DNA of 64,000 nucleotides from Escherichia coli (GTDB lineage Bacteria; Pseudomonadota; Gammaproteobacteria; Enterobacterales; Enterobacteriaceae): NCBI RefSeq assembly GCF_009931435.1, contig NZ_CP043414.1; one strand, 5' to 3'. Shown piece by piece: positions 62,443 to 64,000 of this stretch (position 1 is its first letter; each line of letters starts with the position of its first letter). The notes under the pieces were generated by a model. It saw only the letters and a program-made list of their open reading frames with translations, ran no database searches and was not told where the DNA came from. The position numbers and the translations under genes were made by a program.

Positions 62443-64000
62443 TTATTTAATCCACATAACCTGCCAGGGGCGCAGCGTTATTTCATTACCCACTATATCA
62501 ACTTCACTAATCAGATCCCGACCGTGCAGGTCAGTAATATTTATATGCTGAATATTTTCACTGACATTAAACAATCCTGTCAGACAATTACCATCCGCGT
62601 TGCTTCTTTGAATACGCATTACGGATGAATTAACCGTATCGATGGTAAAACTATTATCCGGATGAAATTCTTTATGACGGCGACGAAGCGTAATTAAATG
62701 TGACAACTGATGATATACTGCGTGCCTGAGTGTCGTTTCATCATTCAGTTCACTGGCTATCTCTTCACTACGATATTTCTTACGGTTAATCGCGCGGTTA
62801 TATCCCAGCTTTTCGACACCAGCGTAATCATTACGTGAACCCAGAATACTTTGAATATAGACAGCAGGCACACCGGGAAAGGTTAACAATATGGCATGAG
62901 CAAGAATAAACCGGGCACAGCGTTCTTCGTCACTGCAATCGCGATGGCTCAATGCGTCCATGTAGGTCACATTCATTTCATACGGACTGCGCGTACCATC
63001 GGGATTATTTTTCCAGTTTACTAATGCCCCTTCCTGCTGTAATGCCTCGACCAGCGCTAATATTTCGCTTTCGGGTAGCAAGCCACGCAGTGGGTTAAGC
63101 CCGATGCCATCGTGAGAGGCGAGGAAGTTAAACCAGGTGGTGATGCTGGAAGGTAGTGTCAGGTTTTGCGCCCACGCACAAAGCGCCTCAACGTTCTGTT
63201 TTTGCACCGCATGCAGCACCAGCGGCGGCAGCGAGAACTGGTACACCATATGCGCTTCGTCATCACCGTTTCCAAAGTAAGCAATGTTGTCTTTGTGCGG
63301 AACATTGGTCTCGGTAATGATCACTGTACCTAGTGCTACGTCATCAATAATCGACCGTAACAGCTTGATAATCAGATGTGTTTTTTCCAGATGGATGCAG
63401 CTTGTTCCCGGCTCTTTCCACATAAAGCCAACGGCATCCAGGCGGACATACTCAGCACCTTTCTCAAGGTAACACAGTAAAATATCCACCATCGCCAGTA
63501 ACACTTCAGGGCTACGGTAATTCAGGTCAATTTGATCGTCGCTAAAGGTGGTCCATAAATGGCGCGTTGAATGATCGCGCATCTGGAATGGCGTTAATAA
63601 CGGTAACGCACGCGGGCGAGTGACGGCGCTGAGATCGGTTTGCGGGTCAACGGCAATAAAAAAATCTTCAAAACCTGGCTGCTGTTGTAAATAGTTTTTA
63701 AACCATTCACTTTTTGCCGACATATGGTTGCAGACAAAATCAAACATTAAATGACTGCATTCACCGAGTTGCTGAATATCCTGCCACTCCCCTGCTTCAC
63801 TGGCGACCTGATGATAATCAATTACCGAAAAGCCATCATCAGATGACCATGGATAAAACGGCAACAAATGAACATGTGAAAAAATGCTTTGCAGCCAGTG
63901 ATGGTAAAACTGATTAAATGTGGGTAGTGGTTTTAAATCATTACTGTGAAATTGATCGGCATAGGTAATTAACACGACATCACTTTCATCCCAGTGTTTT
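62443..64000 (-). CDS. ycjM: Glucosylglycerate/sucrose-phosphorylase-like GH13 enzyme; 5' end beyond window edge
   Basis: Minus-strand frame open from the window edge to the stop at 62443. GH13 sucrose-phosphorylase-like sequence. The track ORF begins at an internal Met. Confidence 0.88.
   Translation of the reverse strand, partial: KHWDESDVVLITYADQFHSNDLKPLPTFNQFYHHWLQSIFSHVHLLPFYPWSSDDGFSVIDYHQVASEAGEWQDIQQLGECSHLMFDFVCNHMSAKSEWFKNYLQQQPGFEDFFIAVDPQTDLSAVTRPRALPLLTPFQMRDHSTRHLWTTFSDDQIDLNYRSPEVLLAMVDILLCYLEKGAEYVRLDAVGFMWKEPGTSCIHLEKTHLIIKLLRSIIDDVALGTVIITETNVPHKDNIAYFGNGDDEAHMVYQFSLPPLVLHAVQKQNVEALCAWAQNLTLPSSITTWFNFLASHDGIGLNPLRGLLPESEILALVEALQQEGALVNWKNNPDGTRSPYEMNVTYMDALSHRDCSDEERCARFILAHAILLTFPGVPAVYIQSILGSRNDYAGVEKLGYNRAINRKKYRSEEIASELNDETTLRHAVYHQLSHLITLRRRHKEFHPDNSFTIDTVNSSVMRIQRSNADGNCLTGLFNVSENIQHINITDLHGRDLISEVDIVGNEITLRPWQVMWIK

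Overview
This window reads as a contiguous stretch of Escherichia coli-type chromosome backbone (the ynb/ydb - ldhA - pfo - ompN - ttcA - abg - fnr - tyrR - ycj region), in reverse orientation relative to the K-12 map. It is densely coding, with about 48 protein genes, and I recognise nearly all of them at protein level. I also recognise three known small RNAs at nucleotide level (MicC, FnrS, McaS), two FNR boxes, several Rho-independent terminators and two REP clusters. I found no CRISPR array, IS element, transposase, integrase or tRNA/rRNA gene. The main point of interest is a single ~680-aa ORF (44009-46051, +) sitting between the convergent core genes tpx and tyrR. It has no motif I can recognise and uses rare codons (AGA, CTA); I propose it as an accessory insertion of unknown function. 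It is a lone gene, not a multi-gene system. Comparison with the K-12 gene order is from memory, not from a search. On that basis three K-12 segments appear to be absent here: the Rac prophage (uspF and ttcA are adjacent), the feaR-feaB-tynA-paa island (ydbL and ydbA are adjacent), and ymjC-ycjY-pgrR (mpaA and mppA are adjacent). Two genes that are pseudogenes in K-12, ydbA and ycjV, are intact here. Gene starts in the ORF track are often N-terminally extended through in-frame ATG, GTG or TTG codons; I moved starts where I recognised the native N-terminus.
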